In this document: positions 19,075-29,842 of the stretch, in pieces | Position numbering within the stretch: the stretch's first letter is position 1 | Layout: each line of letters starts with the position of its first letter | Notes under the pieces: generated by a model | The model's input: only the letters and a program-made list of their open reading frames with translations | Told to the model about the DNA's origin: nothing | Databases searched by the model: none | Position numbers and translations under genes: made by a program | NCBI GenBank assembly: GCA_934276635.1 | Contig: CAKQTH010000001.1 | Span: 200,098-264,097 of the forward strand | Direction of reading: 5' to 3' | Source: an uncultured Alphaproteobacteria bacterium | GTDB taxonomy: Bacteria; Pseudomonadota; Alphaproteobacteria; RF32; CAG-239 | Length of the DNA stretch: 64,000 nt

Positions 19075-20015
19075 TCGTGAATATGTATGATGCCGATTGG
19101 CTTTTTATTTTCAACCACAAACAGCTGAGTAATGCCTTTACCGGTGTTGTTCATTTTGTTGATAGCCTCAACCAGCAGAACATCAGGAGCAATGGTTTTC
19201 GGATTTTTAACCATCACATCGCTAACTTTGCAGTCAAAGTTACAGTTGGAGAAAATACGGCGCAGATCGCCATCGGTAAGGATTCCGATTAATTCTCCAT
19301 CTTTGTTGACAATGCCGACGCAACCGAGCATTTTTGAAGACATAACCAAAATGGCGTCTTTCAGGCTGATATATTCCGGAACGAGCGGAATTTCATCTCC
19401 GGTATGCATCAAATCGGAAACTTTTTTGAGAACGGCGCCGAGTTTTCCGCCCGGGTGTCTTTGTTTGTAATCAAGAGAAGAAAATCCTTTTCTTTCAATC
19501 AGCGCGACTGCCAGCACATCGCCCAAAACCAAAGTCGCGGTAGTGGAAGAGGTCGGAGCAAGCCCGAGAGGGCAGGCCTCGCCGTTATCCGGCAGTTTCA
19601 GCAGAATATCGCCGGCTTTGCCGAGAGTGCTTTGCGGATTTTTTGTCATTGCAATCAACGGAATGCCGTATCTTTTGCAATATACCAGAATATCGGCCAA
19701 TTCTTTGGATTCTCCGCCGTTTGAAATTGCCAAAACAACATCGTCGTTAGTAAACATTCCCAAGTCGCCGTGGCTGGCTTCGGCTGGGTGAACAAAAAAT
19801 GCCGGAGTTCCGGTAGATGACAATGTTGCGGCAATCTTGCGGGCGATATGGCCGGATTTTCCCATTCCGGTAACAATCACGCGTCCTTTTGTGCTTTGCA
19901 TCAAATCAAGAGCTTTTGAAAGATTTTCATCAAGTTCTTTATCCATAATTTTTAAGGTTTCAATTTCTTTTGCAATCGTAGTATGAGCCGATGCGATATC
20001 ATCATGAGAGGTCAT
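19050..20015 (-). CDS. kdsD: arabinose-5-phosphate isomerase KdsD/KpsF (SIS + tandem CBS)
   Basis: GMGKSGHIARKIAATLSSTGTPAFFVHPAEASHGDLG SIS motif and C-terminal CBS pair. Start refined to MTSHDD with a GGAG RBS. Confidence 0.85.
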   Translation of the reverse strand: MTSHDDIASAHTTIAKEIETLKIMDKELDENLSKALDLMQSTKGRVIVTGMGKSGHIARKIAATLSSTGTPAFFVHPAEASHGDLGMFTNDDVVLAISNGGESKELADILVYCKRYGIPLIAMTKNPQSTLGKAGDILLKLPDNGEACPLGLAPTSSTTATLVLGDVLAVALIERKGFSSLDYKQRHPGGKLGAVLKKVSDLMHTGDEIPLVPEYISLKDAILVMSSKMLGCVGIVNKDGELIGILTDGDLRRIFSNCNFDCKVSDVMVKNPKTIAPDVLLVEAINKMNNTGKGITQLFVVENKKPIGIIHIHDCLRAGVA

Positions 20016-20097
20016 TATAAATCTCCGTAACACAGTTCTTTTATATCTTTCAAAATTATTATGATATTTTATGAAACGCAAGGATTATTTGCATTTT

Positions 20098-21036
20098 TTA
20101 CACTTTTTGACAGGCATTAGGCAATGTATAGTCAAGCCGGTTTTCTTTCAGCCCGTACGGATCCTGATGCACAATAATCTGTGCGTCCGGGAATTCTGCC
20201 AAAATTGCATTTTCTGCATTGTCGCTGATTTCATGCGCGGTATAAAGCGGAACATTGCCGTTGATTTCCACATGAATTTCAAACATATATTGTCCGCCCA
20301 AATCTCTGCTCCGAAAATCGTGGATTCCCAGCACTCCGTCCACATGGAGTACTATATCGGCAACTTTCTTTCTGATACTTTCGTCAAGCTCGCTGTCTGT
20401 CAGCATATACAGCGAACTTTTGGCGATTTTGTACGCTCCCCACAGCAAATATGCCGAAACAAAACAGGCAGCCAGCGAGTCAAACCACAAAAAATGAAAA
20501 TATTCAACAACCAGCAAAGAAATGATAATCGCCGCGTTGGTAATAACATCTACCGTATAGTGCGCGCTGTCCGCCCTGATGGCAATGGAGTTGGTCTTTT
20601 TTGCGACATATCGCTGAAACATAATCAAAAAAATCGTGGCAAAAAGACTGACAAGCATTACCGCAATACCCGCAGTTGTCTGTTTTAGGGCAACCGGATT
20701 GAAAAATCGGGCGATTCCGTCATATAAAACAAACATTCCCGAACCGGCAATAAACGCGGATTGCAGCAATGCGCTGATTGATTCCGCTTTGCCGAAGCCA
20801 TAACGATGCTCGCAGCTGGCCGGCCTCAGGGCAATTTTGATTGCCACAAACGAAACCGCCGAGGCAAACACATCTGCCAGACTGTCAATCAGCGAAGACA
20901 AAACGGCAAGAGAGTCGGTGTATATCGCCCCGAAAACTTTCAAAATGCACAGAGAAACTGCAAGAAATATGCTGGCGCACACCGCAGATTTTTTCAAAAA
21001 AGCGGCTTGTTCTTTATTTGTTGTTTGTGCGCACAT
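20098..21036 (-). CDS. cation diffusion facilitator family transporter
   Basis: Six TM helices, a SLADV-type motif and a C-terminal cytoplasmic domain (HVDGVLGIHDFRSR). Confidence 0.8.
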   Translation of the reverse strand: MCAQTTNKEQAAFLKKSAVCASIFLAVSLCILKVFGAIYTDSLAVLSSLIDSLADVFASAVSFVAIKIALRPASCEHRYGFGKAESISALLQSAFIAGSGMFVLYDGIARFFNPVALKQTTAGIAVMLVSLFATIFLIMFQRYVAKKTNSIAIRADSAHYTVDVITNAAIIISLLVVEYFHFLWFDSLAACFVSAYLLWGAYKIAKSSLYMLTDSELDESIRKKVADIVLHVDGVLGIHDFRSRDLGGQYMFEIHVEINGNVPLYTAHEISDNAENAILAEFPDAQIIVHQDPYGLKENRLDYTLPNACQKV

Positions 21037-24000
21037 AATCTATCAGCTCCCAGTTTATTTTATTTATTTTATAATATACGCCGTTTGACGATTTTTCAGC
21101 TTCTTTGGCATAAAAATCGCGCGGTTCGGACAAAAAGTTTCGGCTGGCGAAATAGTCTTCGCCGACCTGATAAAATTTCAATACTATTTTATTGCCGTAT
21201 TCGTCTTCAATCAGCATATCTGCAAGATTTTTCGGATTATCAAGCTTGTTTGTGCTGTCTTCAAGCTTTGTGTTTATAAGAACCTTTACCAGATTAGCCA
21301 AATTTTCCTGATTTTGTTTGCCGTCAAAACTTTTCAGGCGGCTGAACTTCAAATCCCACAAGGTATTGAGCGTCCATTGCCGCCAATCGGTTGACGCGTC
21401 AATAAAATCTGCATTAATCAGCCAGACCTGAAAACTTTGGTCAAAGCGGATATACGCGGCTTTCGCGCCTCTGCCCATATCAATATCAAATTTTCCGAGC
21501 AAAAATTCAACAAGTTTTTTCCCGTCTTTATCTTTCAACGAAATCTTTACCGCGGTAGAATTTTTGTCCTCAAGAGGGAGCAAGCCGAAATTATATAAAT
21601 TTTCGGCACGGTCGGATTTCTTTTCATAATATCTGGCCTCAAGCATCGCGCTCAAAAAGCTGCGAACCTGTTCTTGCGAAACTACAAAGTCCTGATGTTC
21701 AAGGTTTTTCCAAATACCGTCTTTGCTGATGTCAAGCTCGACTTTGTTGTCTTTGTCCTGCAAAACGATGGAGCTGACATTGTTTATGTCTTTTTCCAAA
21801 TCGGCAAATACCGGTTTGTTTTCAAAGGCATCAATGCTACTTTTTTCCGCATTGCGCGAAACGACAATTCCGGAGGCCAGCAGAATCAATGCCGCAACCG
21901 CCGCCAATTCGAATTTTTTGTTTTTAATAAACGAAAAGTCTTTGTCTGAGACGGATTTTTTGCGGTTAATCAGGCGAAGTACCAGCCAGCCCAGCACGAT
22001 TATCAGCGCAATGCCGTAGATATTGAAAAATTTTATCATCATATCAATGCGCTCAATTTCGGCATTTGAGCTTTTGTTGATGTTTCCGAGTTTTTGCCGC
22101 GCGGCATCAAGCTCGTTTCTGATATTTTTGATTGTAATCAGATCGTCGGCAGTAAATGTTTCGCGATTTTCAAAATCTTTGCGCGCCCAAATTTCCTGAA
22201 GTTTTTGTTTTACCGCATCAATTTCTTCCAAAATTTTTAATTCCTGTTTGGTATAATCAAGCTTGTTTTGGCGGCGCATCTGCTCAATTTTATCAAAACG
22301 ACGGTGTTTTGAAGATTTTCCGCGCAAAGACGAAAGATATTCTTTGCCGCTCAGTGTCTCAAGCGAATTCAGCACAAAATTTGCATTATCCAAAATCGGC
22401 ACAATATATTTGCTGTGCGGAAGCTGATAGGTTTTGCTCCAAAATGTGTCATACAAAAAGTCGGTATCGGTCACGACAATAATGTCAAACGGCTTTGAGG
22501 CATCTTTTCCGAAAATTCGCGCCGCCATAATTTTGCTGTTGGTATCAGGCTGATAAAAGCGCAGAATATCGGCAGGATTGGTGTTGTTCAAAACCACATC
22601 GGAGAGCATAACCGCCGAGTTTTTGCTGGCTCTGAGCAACGGCACAAAGTTTATGTCATCTGTTGCCGGAACAATAACCGAAGCCGATGAAAGCATAATT
22701 TCTTTAAGATTTTTTGTTTCTTGAGCTTTCGGATTCATATCGTTTTCTTTTAAGATAAACTGAATCACATCGTTGGTAAAGTTTGCGCTGTTGCGATAGT
22801 CGGAAGATGCATCGACCAAAATTGAGTTTCCGAAATCGGCGACAACATATTGCGGAAAAAATTCAAAGCCGAAAAAGTATTGCAAATCAGAAAAATCGGA
22901 ACCTTCAAGTTTGCTGTTTCTGGCTGAAATCAGGCGCATCGCCTCGGTCGCCGGATCGAGCATAATCATAGCCTTTCCGCCGGCGCGCGCATATTGCTTA
23001 ATTTTGTCGTTGATATCCTTATTCATTTTTTTAGGATCGACAATCATCAAAATATCAATGTCTTTGATATCGTCCGCCGTTTTTATCTCTTTGATATTAT
23101 AAAATTTTGCAATCTGATTGATGATTTCCCATCGGTCAAACGCAATTCCGCTTTCGTCGGCATATCCGTTCAGCGGCAGAGAAGACAACAGGCCGAGAGT
23201 CTGCTTTTTGTGAGCCAAAAGCAATATATTTTCCGCCAAATCATATTCCAAAAATTCTGACCGTTCAACCGCCAAAAACGGAATAATCCGCTTGTTGTCC
23301 AGACTGTCGACAAAGCTCATTCCGAACAGCGCGTTTTGGTTTGAAGAGGCGGAAGGCCGCGGCTCTATGCCTTCTCCGATAGCCAAATCTTCAACCCTGT
23401 CAAACGGATACGGCGTATATATTTTATATTCCAGCTTTCCGTCGGCAAGAGTCTTAAAGCGGGAGAGCAACACCTTGATATGATCAAACATCTTGCGGAT
23501 TTCTGGATTGTTTTTTCCCAAAACCGGAGAATAATACAGTTTAATGGTTACCGGATTTTCAATATGGCGCAAAATGTCAATCGTATTTTTGTTCAGGGTA
23601 TAAATTTTTTCCTGCGTAAAGTCATATTGAAATTTGCGCAACAAGGTGTTTGAAAGCATATTTATGCCAAAAAATCCGGCCAAAAACAGTGCAAACAACA
23701 CACTGTACCCGAGCTTTGTTCCGTTTTTGAAAAACAGCGAACTCCCGCTTGTCTTAAAATCGATAATAAGCGTTGTGCAAAAATTAAACAGCAGGATTAT
23801 CGAGGCAAAAAAGACAATGTCGCGCGCCTCAAGCAGACCCGAAACAATCGTGTCAAAATGGGTTAAAAAGCTGAACGACGCAATCATATCGACCGCATAT
23901 GAAGGAAATATCATTCTGAAAAACGCCAAAATGTATTCAAGCCCGCTCAAAAAGAACATCAGATTGCAGGCAAAAGCCAAAACCAGTGCGATAACCTGAT

Positions 24001-24475
24001 TTTTGGTCAGTGCCGACATAGTCTGCGAAATTGAGAGCATACAGCCCGCAATCATAAAGCTGCCGAAATATCCGAGCAGAACAACGCCGTTATCGACATC
24101 GCCGAGCAGATTTACGGTAATTATAAACGGAAAAGTCAAAAGCAGGGCGATTGCGCAAAAAATCCACGAGGCAAAAAACTTTCCCCACACCAGAGTTGAG
24201 GTCGAAATCGGCAAAGTCATCATTCTGACAATTGTTTTGCCGCGAAATTCTTCCGCCCACAGACGCATCGAAATTCCGGTAATAAACAAAAGATACAGCC
24301 ACGGCTGAAATGACAGCATCGGGCTTAAATCGGCAATTCCGCGGTCAAAAAAATGTCCGAAATATATGGCAAAAGACCCGTTCAAAAACAAAAACGCAAC
24401 CAAATACACATAGGCGAGCGGAGATATAAAATATCTTATAAGCTCATTTTTGATGACGGCAATAAGTTGTTTCAT
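21014..24475 (-). CDS. fused ABC-2 permease (GldF-like) / GldG-like / DUF4340-like protein (1153 aa)
   Basis: N-terminal permease, a GldG-like middle, a TM helix, then a C-terminal domain resembling ORF 6736..7671. Sits beside ABC ATPase 24480..25208. Confidence 0.7.
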   Translation of the reverse strand: MKQLIAVIKNELIRYFISPLAYVYLVAFLFLNGSFAIYFGHFFDRGIADLSPMLSFQPWLYLLFITGISMRLWAEEFRGKTIVRMMTLPISTSTLVWGKFFASWIFCAIALLLTFPFIITVNLLGDVDNGVVLLGYFGSFMIAGCMLSISQTMSALTKNQVIALVLAFACNLMFFLSGLEYILAFFRMIFPSYAVDMIASFSFLTHFDTIVSGLLEARDIVFFASIILLFNFCTTLIIDFKTSGSSLFFKNGTKLGYSVLFALFLAGFFGINMLSNTLLRKFQYDFTQEKIYTLNKNTIDILRHIENPVTIKLYYSPVLGKNNPEIRKMFDHIKVLLSRFKTLADGKLEYKIYTPYPFDRVEDLAIGEGIEPRPSASSNQNALFGMSFVDSLDNKRIIPFLAVERSEFLEYDLAENILLLAHKKQTLGLLSSLPLNGYADESGIAFDRWEIINQIAKFYNIKEIKTADDIKDIDILMIVDPKKMNKDINDKIKQYARAGGKAMIMLDPATEAMRLISARNSKLEGSDFSDLQYFFGFEFFPQYVVADFGNSILVDASSDYRNSANFTNDVIQFILKENDMNPKAQETKNLKEIMLSSASVIVPATDDINFVPLLRASKNSAVMLSDVVLNNTNPADILRFYQPDTNSKIMAARIFGKDASKPFDIIVVTDTDFLYDTFWSKTYQLPHSKYIVPILDNANFVLNSLETLSGKEYLSSLRGKSSKHRRFDKIEQMRRQNKLDYTKQELKILEEIDAVKQKLQEIWARKDFENRETFTADDLITIKNIRNELDAARQKLGNINKSSNAEIERIDMMIKFFNIYGIALIIVLGWLVLRLINRKKSVSDKDFSFIKNKKFELAAVAALILLASGIVVSRNAEKSSIDAFENKPVFADLEKDINNVSSIVLQDKDNKVELDISKDGIWKNLEHQDFVVSQEQVRSFLSAMLEARYYEKKSDRAENLYNFGLLPLEDKNSTAVKISLKDKDGKKLVEFLLGKFDIDMGRGAKAAYIRFDQSFQVWLINADFIDASTDWRQWTLNTLWDLKFSRLKSFDGKQNQENLANLVKVLINTKLEDSTNKLDNPKNLADMLIEDEYGNKIVLKFYQVGEDYFASRNFLSEPRDFYAKEAEKSSNGVYYKINKINWELIDYVRTNNK

Positions 24476-24479
24476 CTGG

Positions 24480-25208
24480 CTATTCCTCCGATTTTGCGGT
24501 TGATTTTGTCAGCTTTACAAAAGCATCGTGGATATTTTTTGTTTTGGTTTGAGCCAAAATCTCTTGCAGTGTTCCGTCGGCCGTTTTTTCGCCGCTGCTG
24601 ATAAGCACAATCCTGTTGCACAAAGTCTCGGCTTCTTCCAAAAGGTGGGTTGAAATGACGATGGTTTTTTGCTGCCCCATAGATTTTATGATTGAGCGGA
24701 TATGATCTTTTTGGTTTGGATCAAGACCGTCGGTAGGCTCGTCCAACAGCAGAATCTGCGGGTCGGCAATAATGCTTTGCGCAAAGCCGACGCGTCGGGC
24801 ATATCCCTTTGAGAGGGTCTCGATTTTTTGATGCATCACATTTTCTATGTTGGTCAGAGCGGCAACTTCGTTTATTCTTTCTTTTTTGTAGCCGTAAATT
24901 TCGGTCATATATTGCAAAAAGCGGCTGACGGTCATATCCGGATAAAGCGGAGCGCCTTCAGGCAAAAATCCGATATTTTTCTTTGCCTCAATCGGGTTGT
25001 CATAAAAGTCTTTGCCGCAAACGATAACCCGGCCGGAAGAGGGTGCTAAAAAACCGGCAATAATGTTCATCATTGTCGATTTTCCGGCTCCGTTCGGCCC
25101 CAAAAGTGCGATAATATCGCCTTTTTTTGCCTCAAAGCTAAAGTCTTTAAGTGCATGCAGCTGTCCGTAAAATTTATTGAGATTTTTTGTTTCCAGACTT
25201 GAAGGCAT
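24480..25208 (-). CDS. ABC transporter ATP-binding protein (GldA-like)
   Basis: Walker A GPNGAGKST, signature LSKGYARRV and Walker B LLLDEPT. Confidence 0.85.
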   Translation of the reverse strand: MPSSLETKNLNKFYGQLHALKDFSFEAKKGDIIALLGPNGAGKSTMMNIIAGFLAPSSGRVIVCGKDFYDNPIEAKKNIGFLPEGAPLYPDMTVSRFLQYMTEIYGYKKERINEVAALTNIENVMHQKIETLSKGYARRVGFAQSIIADPQILLLDEPTDGLDPNQKDHIRSIIKSMGQQKTIVISTHLLEEAETLCNRIVLISSGEKTADGTLQEILAQTKTKNIHDAFVKLTKSTAKSEE

Positions 25209-25292
25209 ATGTTTTCTCCGAATTTTTACATATAACCTTCATACACAAAAAATCTCAATTTTACAACTACAACCTTTTCATTTGCACAAAGT

Positions 25293-27029
25293 TTAGTGTT
25301 TATAAAGTTTCGGCAGCGGCGAATGTTTCTTCTTATTCTTAGATTTTTTTGCTCCGACGCGTTTCAGCGCCTTTACAAAATCAAGGTGTTTCCATTCGTT
25401 TTTGCTTTTTCCGTACAGATTTTGCGAAATTTCTTCCAAATAGCCGGAGAATTCGGCATCTTCGGCTTTTTCGGCCACAGCCTTCAAATCGGTTATGCTT
25501 TCGTTATACCGTTTTTGCGCCCAAACAATCAGAGCATCGCGCAGCTTTTTGAAGTCTTGTTCTTTTGCATATTTTGCCATATCTTTAACCGATGCCGCAA
25601 GTTCTTGCTTTTTCTCTTTCTTTGCCCCAAAAAGGATATACGAAATCAAAATTCCGGCCGCAAATGCCGCCAAAATCATCGCATACATAAAGCCGTGAGC
25701 CAAAGTGTCTTTTTGCATCTGAGCGGTTTTGGGCTGCATATGAGCCTGTCCCGGCAGATTTTCGGTCGAGGCATAATCAATATAATTTTCTTTTTGCTCA
25801 ATTTGCGGGTTTGGCAAAACAATGATAGTCTGTTCCTCGATTTCGGCCGTTCTGACGGTGTTGCTTTCTGTGTCAAACCACTTTACCGAAATTGCCGGAA
25901 TAGTCGTTTTTCCGGCCTTTTGCGGAATATAAACATTTGTAAATTCTTTGGTCGAAACAATGTCTCCGTTGCTGTCAAAGCTTGAAAACATCATCGGCTT
26001 TTCCGGGTATTGTTTCATATCTCTGGTTTGCGCGGTTTTAATGTCAGGCAGCTGTGTTTCAAGCACTCCGACCGCGCTCAGGCTGACATTTCTGGAAACA
26101 GCCTGTCCGACCATAAACTGCGGATTGCTGTCTGCCCATTCGGCTGTGAGCGACACATTTTTTGCCGGCAGCCACCAGCTGTTCCCGAAATCGGCGGCAA
26201 TCGGCTTAACCTCAACTTTTATGGGCTTTACATTGAGCGAAACCGGAGAACGCGCCGCAACCATATCAAAAATGTCTATGCCGGTATCAAAAAATCCGCG
26301 TCCGAATATATGATTTTTCGGAGAGCTCGATTGTTTCTGCCCGTTAACATAAAACCCGTTGAGCTGAATTTGCGGAGTTTGCAACAACCCGCTTCTTTGT
26401 GGAAACATCGCGTAATAAAACTTAATCTCACGCACATTCACGCCGTCAATCAGCTTGTTTTCAACCGTCGGCTCGCGCAAACTTTTGATAACCCAGTCGT
26501 TATTGTCATTGCCGAAAAATTCCGGCGCGTCGCTTTGCAACCCGCCTGCATCGTTCAGGGTCAGGGTATAGTTTATTTGCTGCTGAACATACGGTGTTTC
26601 ATTGTCAAGCTCTCCGTCCAGCGAAAAACGCGTATAAAGCGGAGTTCCGTCCTGTCCGTTTATGTTTCCTTCAAACACATTAAGCGCAATCGGATTGCTC
26701 TTGAGGTTTCCGAGAGAAATTGCCGGAATTTCAATCGCGCCGCTGTGGTTCGGCATCAAGGCAATCTGCCACTGGCGTGAAGACGATGTTTTTCCGTTAA
26801 TTATCTGTGTGGAATATGATTGAGAAGTTGAAAATATGGTAAAATCCTGCCGTAAAGCGCTCAAATCGGGCTTCAGAGAGTTGTCATTTCCGTCATAATC
26901 CAAAATAAGTAGCAATGTTTCGCCGTACGGAATATCGGTTCGGCTGACCGATGCATTAAAAGTCTGAGCGGAGGCTGCTTGTACGCAAAAGCAAAAAGCA
27001 ATTAAAAAACAGCATATTTTTTTCAACAT
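25293..27029 (-). CDS. batD: BatD-like protein
   Basis: Signal peptide, a large periplasmic domain and a C-terminal TM plus basic tail. Position in the bat operon. Confidence 0.6.
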   Translation of the reverse strand: MLKKICCFLIAFCFCVQAASAQTFNASVSRTDIPYGETLLLILDYDGNDNSLKPDLSALRQDFTIFSTSQSYSTQIINGKTSSSRQWQIALMPNHSGAIEIPAISLGNLKSNPIALNVFEGNINGQDGTPLYTRFSLDGELDNETPYVQQQINYTLTLNDAGGLQSDAPEFFGNDNNDWVIKSLREPTVENKLIDGVNVREIKFYYAMFPQRSGLLQTPQIQLNGFYVNGQKQSSSPKNHIFGRGFFDTGIDIFDMVAARSPVSLNVKPIKVEVKPIAADFGNSWWLPAKNVSLTAEWADSNPQFMVGQAVSRNVSLSAVGVLETQLPDIKTAQTRDMKQYPEKPMMFSSFDSNGDIVSTKEFTNVYIPQKAGKTTIPAISVKWFDTESNTVRTAEIEEQTIIVLPNPQIEQKENYIDYASTENLPGQAHMQPKTAQMQKDTLAHGFMYAMILAAFAAGILISYILFGAKKEKKQELAASVKDMAKYAKEQDFKKLRDALIVWAQKRYNESITDLKAVAEKAEDAEFSGYLEEISQNLYGKSKNEWKHLDFVKALKRVGAKKSKNKKKHSPLPKLYKH

Positions 27030-27032
27030 TTT

Positions 27033-28820
27033 CTATTCCTTATATCGATTTTTTCTGTATTCGCTCTCAATAAAAGCGCGTAAAAGCCCGCCCGGATCAG
27101 CCTCAATTTCCTGATATTGGCGCGCGCGGGCCATTACTTCTTCTGATGTAGTATCTTGTTTTTCATTTTGCAAGGAAGCGGACGGAGAGTTTTGCAAATT
27201 GTCGTTTTCGGGCTGCTCATCGCTTTGGCTTTGAGACTGCGGCTGAGAATTTCTGTTTTGCTGCTTGTCTTTTTCTCCGGAAGTTTCCTGCCCCTCAGAA
27301 CCTGATGATGATTGTTTGTCGTCATCAGAAGATTGTTTTTCGGGCGGTTGTTCGCTTTGTGCCTGTTGTTGCGATGACGATTGTTCCTGCTTTTGCTCAT
27401 CGCGGTTTTTGTCGTCAGAACCCTGTCCTTTGCTTTCTTGCTGATTTTCATCTTGATTCTGCTCGTCAGAGGAGGATTGCGAATTCTGCGAGTTGTTTTT
27501 ATCATCTTGATTTTCATCATTATTTTGCGAAGATGAAGACGAACTGTTTTGTTGTTGTTTCAGGTATTCTAAATTGAATTTTGCATCTTCATGATCAGGC
27601 TCTTTTTGCAAAACTTCTTCATATTTTTTGATTGCATCTTCGATTTTTCCGCCTTTTGCCAAAGCGTTTCCCTGATTATACAATCCGGTAACGCTGTTGT
27701 CGGCTGAAAATTTTTGATACGCCTCATCAAATTTTTCAGCTTTATACAGCGCGGAGGCCTGCCATTGCGCATCATCAAAATTTTGTGCGGCCTCTTCATA
27801 ATTTTTATTTTCAAACTGTTGCAGAGCTTCCTGATTTTTGTTTAAGAAAAATCCGGCATACGCGTTGTTTGCCGCCAGCAGCGAAATCAGAACGAAGGCG
27901 GATAAAATTCCGCGTCTGAACAGCAAAAGAACGCACAAAAGCGGCACAAACAAAAGATAATATCCAGCATCTTCCCAAACGGCAGTAAGGTTTTGCGATT
28001 GTTCAAAATGCTCGTTTTCGCTTTTTTTGATAAATTCCGCAAGTTGATTTATATTGTCCGAAAGGTTGAAATACCTTCCTTTTCCGGCCGCGGCAATCTG
28101 CGGCAAAAGTTCGTTTTTTTGATACGATATATCGGCAATGCTGACAAAAAATCCTTTGCCTGCGGCCTCTTTTGCCACCTTAATCGCATTTGAAACATTG
28201 CTTCCGCCGTCAGATGCAACAATTACGATGTTGCCGAAACCGAAACCGGCATTTTGTAAACCGCTGACCGCAAATTCTATGGCACGGTCAATACGGTTGC
28301 CGTTTTCGGGCATAATGTCGTATTCCACCGCAGGCAGAATGTTTTCAATAATCGCGGCATCTTCACTGACCGGAACAATTTCAAACGGCTCGGAAGAATA
28401 TGCCTCAAGGCCGATTTGGCTGTTCGGCAGCATTTTTATCAGGTCTGAAATCAGGTATTTTGCTCTGGACAGCCGCGACGGTTTTATGTCGTTGCTTTCC
28501 ATATCCGTTGAGATGTTTATGCTTATCATTACCGGATTTTGCTGATAAAGCGGCGGAATTTCTTTTTGCCGATACGAGGGGCCGGCCGCCGCGATAATCG
28601 CGCAGACAAAACCGAGCAATATTAGACGAAAAATGTTGCGCCGGCGGTGGTTGCTGCCTTTGATTAAAAGATACGGCAGCAAATCTTTATCACATACCGA
28701 TTCCCATGAAGAAACATTTCCGTATTCTTTCTTTTGCAAAAAATACAAAGCGGCGGGGAGCAACAGCAAAATCAACAGCCACGGGCGCAAAAAGTGAAAA
28801 TTAAGCCAAAATTCGCTCAT
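27033..28820 (-). CDS. batB: BatB-like protein (vWA + TPR + acidic low-complexity tail)
   Basis: N-terminal TM helices, a vWA MIDAS-like DxSxS (ISTDMES), TPR-like repeats and a 4-nt overlap with batA. Confidence 0.65.
   Translation of the reverse strand: MSEFWLNFHFLRPWLLILLLLPAALYFLQKKEYGNVSSWESVCDKDLLPYLLIKGSNHRRRNIFRLILLGFVCAIIAAAGPSYRQKEIPPLYQQNPVMISINISTDMESNDIKPSRLSRAKYLISDLIKMLPNSQIGLEAYSSEPFEIVPVSEDAAIIENILPAVEYDIMPENGNRIDRAIEFAVSGLQNAGFGFGNIVIVASDGGSNVSNAIKVAKEAAGKGFFVSIADISYQKNELLPQIAAAGKGRYFNLSDNINQLAEFIKKSENEHFEQSQNLTAVWEDAGYYLLFVPLLCVLLLFRRGILSAFVLISLLAANNAYAGFFLNKNQEALQQFENKNYEEAAQNFDDAQWQASALYKAEKFDEAYQKFSADNSVTGLYNQGNALAKGGKIEDAIKKYEEVLQKEPDHEDAKFNLEYLKQQQNSSSSSSQNNDENQDDKNNSQNSQSSSDEQNQDENQQESKGQGSDDKNRDEQKQEQSSSQQQAQSEQPPEKQSSDDDKQSSSGSEGQETSGEKDKQQNRNSQPQSQSQSDEQPENDNLQNSPSASLQNEKQDTTSEEVMARARQYQEIEADPGGLLRAFIESEYRKNRYKE
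27140..27557 (-). repeat. low-complexity S/Q/D/E/N-rich coding region within batB (about 140 aa)
   Basis: The translation is dominated by S, Q, D, E, N and K over about 140 residues. The nucleotide sequence is a-, g- and c-rich simple sequence. Confidence 0.5.
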
Positions 28821-29842
28821 GACTTTTTCTCCCTAAGCAAAACCGCAAGCATAGCGGCGAAAATCGCGCCAAGCAGCGGAATATAGAATATGTCTTTGGT
28901 GTTTTTTACAAATTTTGCATCATCGTTGTCCGCTTCCAACCGGTTGATTATCTCATACACTTTGAACAGAGAATCCGTGTCTGCGGCGCGAAAATACTGC
29001 CCTTGCGTTTCTTTGGCAATCGCTTCCAGTTCCGGATTTTTGTTTTCGGTCGAAAGTCCGGTATATGCGGATAAAAATGACTGAAACAGCGAAGTTTCGT
29101 TGCCGACCCCGATAGTATAAATTTTGACATTTTCTTCTTTTGCCAGCTTTACGGCTTGAGCCAGAGACATTGCTCCGTCATTGTTCTCTCCGTCCGTAAG
29201 CAGAATAATTATTTTTGCCGCATTGTCTTTTTGTCCGGCAAGAGTCTTGACCGCCAGCCCGAGAGCGTCTCCGATGGAAGTCGAGCGGCCGGCCATTCCG
29301 GGCTGCATATCAAGCACGATTTTTTTGACGGCCTCGCGGTCGAATGTCGGCGGAGACTGCAGATATGCGCGTGTTCCGAACAGCACAAGTCCGATTTTGT
29401 CGTTAAGCCTTTTGTTCAAAAAATCAAAAGCGGCAAGTTTTACGGCATTAATTCTTGATGTCCGCTTACCCGCAACCGCATAATCCTGCTCCAGCATAGA
29501 GGTTGAAATGTCCATTACAAGCACAATCTTTCGCCCGAAATTTTGTGAGCGAAAAGGATCTCCGACCCAAAGCGGGCGGGCGGCAGCAAGGCACAGCAGA
29601 GCAAAGACGAGATACAAAATTTTCAAAAATTTTCCGTTGCCCTGAAATGAAAGACCGTAATTTTTTACCGTATAAGTTTTGATTTGCGCCAAAGATGAAA
29701 TAAACGGAATTTTGAGCGCGTCGCCATGCATACCTTTTGCCAGCGGCATCGCCGCCCTATAAACAAACGGCGCGGCCAAAAGCAAAAACATATATGGATA
29801 CGAAAACTCAATCATAAGTTTTCTCCGATCCATTTGCGGCAA
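28817..29842 (-). CDS. batA: BatA-like vWA-domain protein
   Basis: TM helices plus a vWA domain with MIDAS (VLVMDISTSM...TDGENN). The true start may be MIEFSY at 29815, which would avoid overlap with the upstream gene. Confidence 0.7.
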   Translation of the reverse strand: MPQMDRRKLMIEFSYPYMFLLLAAPFVYRAAMPLAKGMHGDALKIPFISSLAQIKTYTVKNYGLSFQGNGKFLKILYLVFALLCLAAARPLWVGDPFRSQNFGRKIVLVMDISTSMLEQDYAVAGKRTSRINAVKLAAFDFLNKRLNDKIGLVLFGTRAYLQSPPTFDREAVKKIVLDMQPGMAGRSTSIGDALGLAVKTLAGQKDNAAKIIILLTDGENNDGAMSLAQAVKLAKEENVKIYTIGVGNETSLFQSFLSAYTGLSTENKNPELEAIAKETQGQYFRAADTDSLFKVYEIINRLEADNDDAKFVKNTKDIFYIPLLGAIFAAMLAVLLREKKS

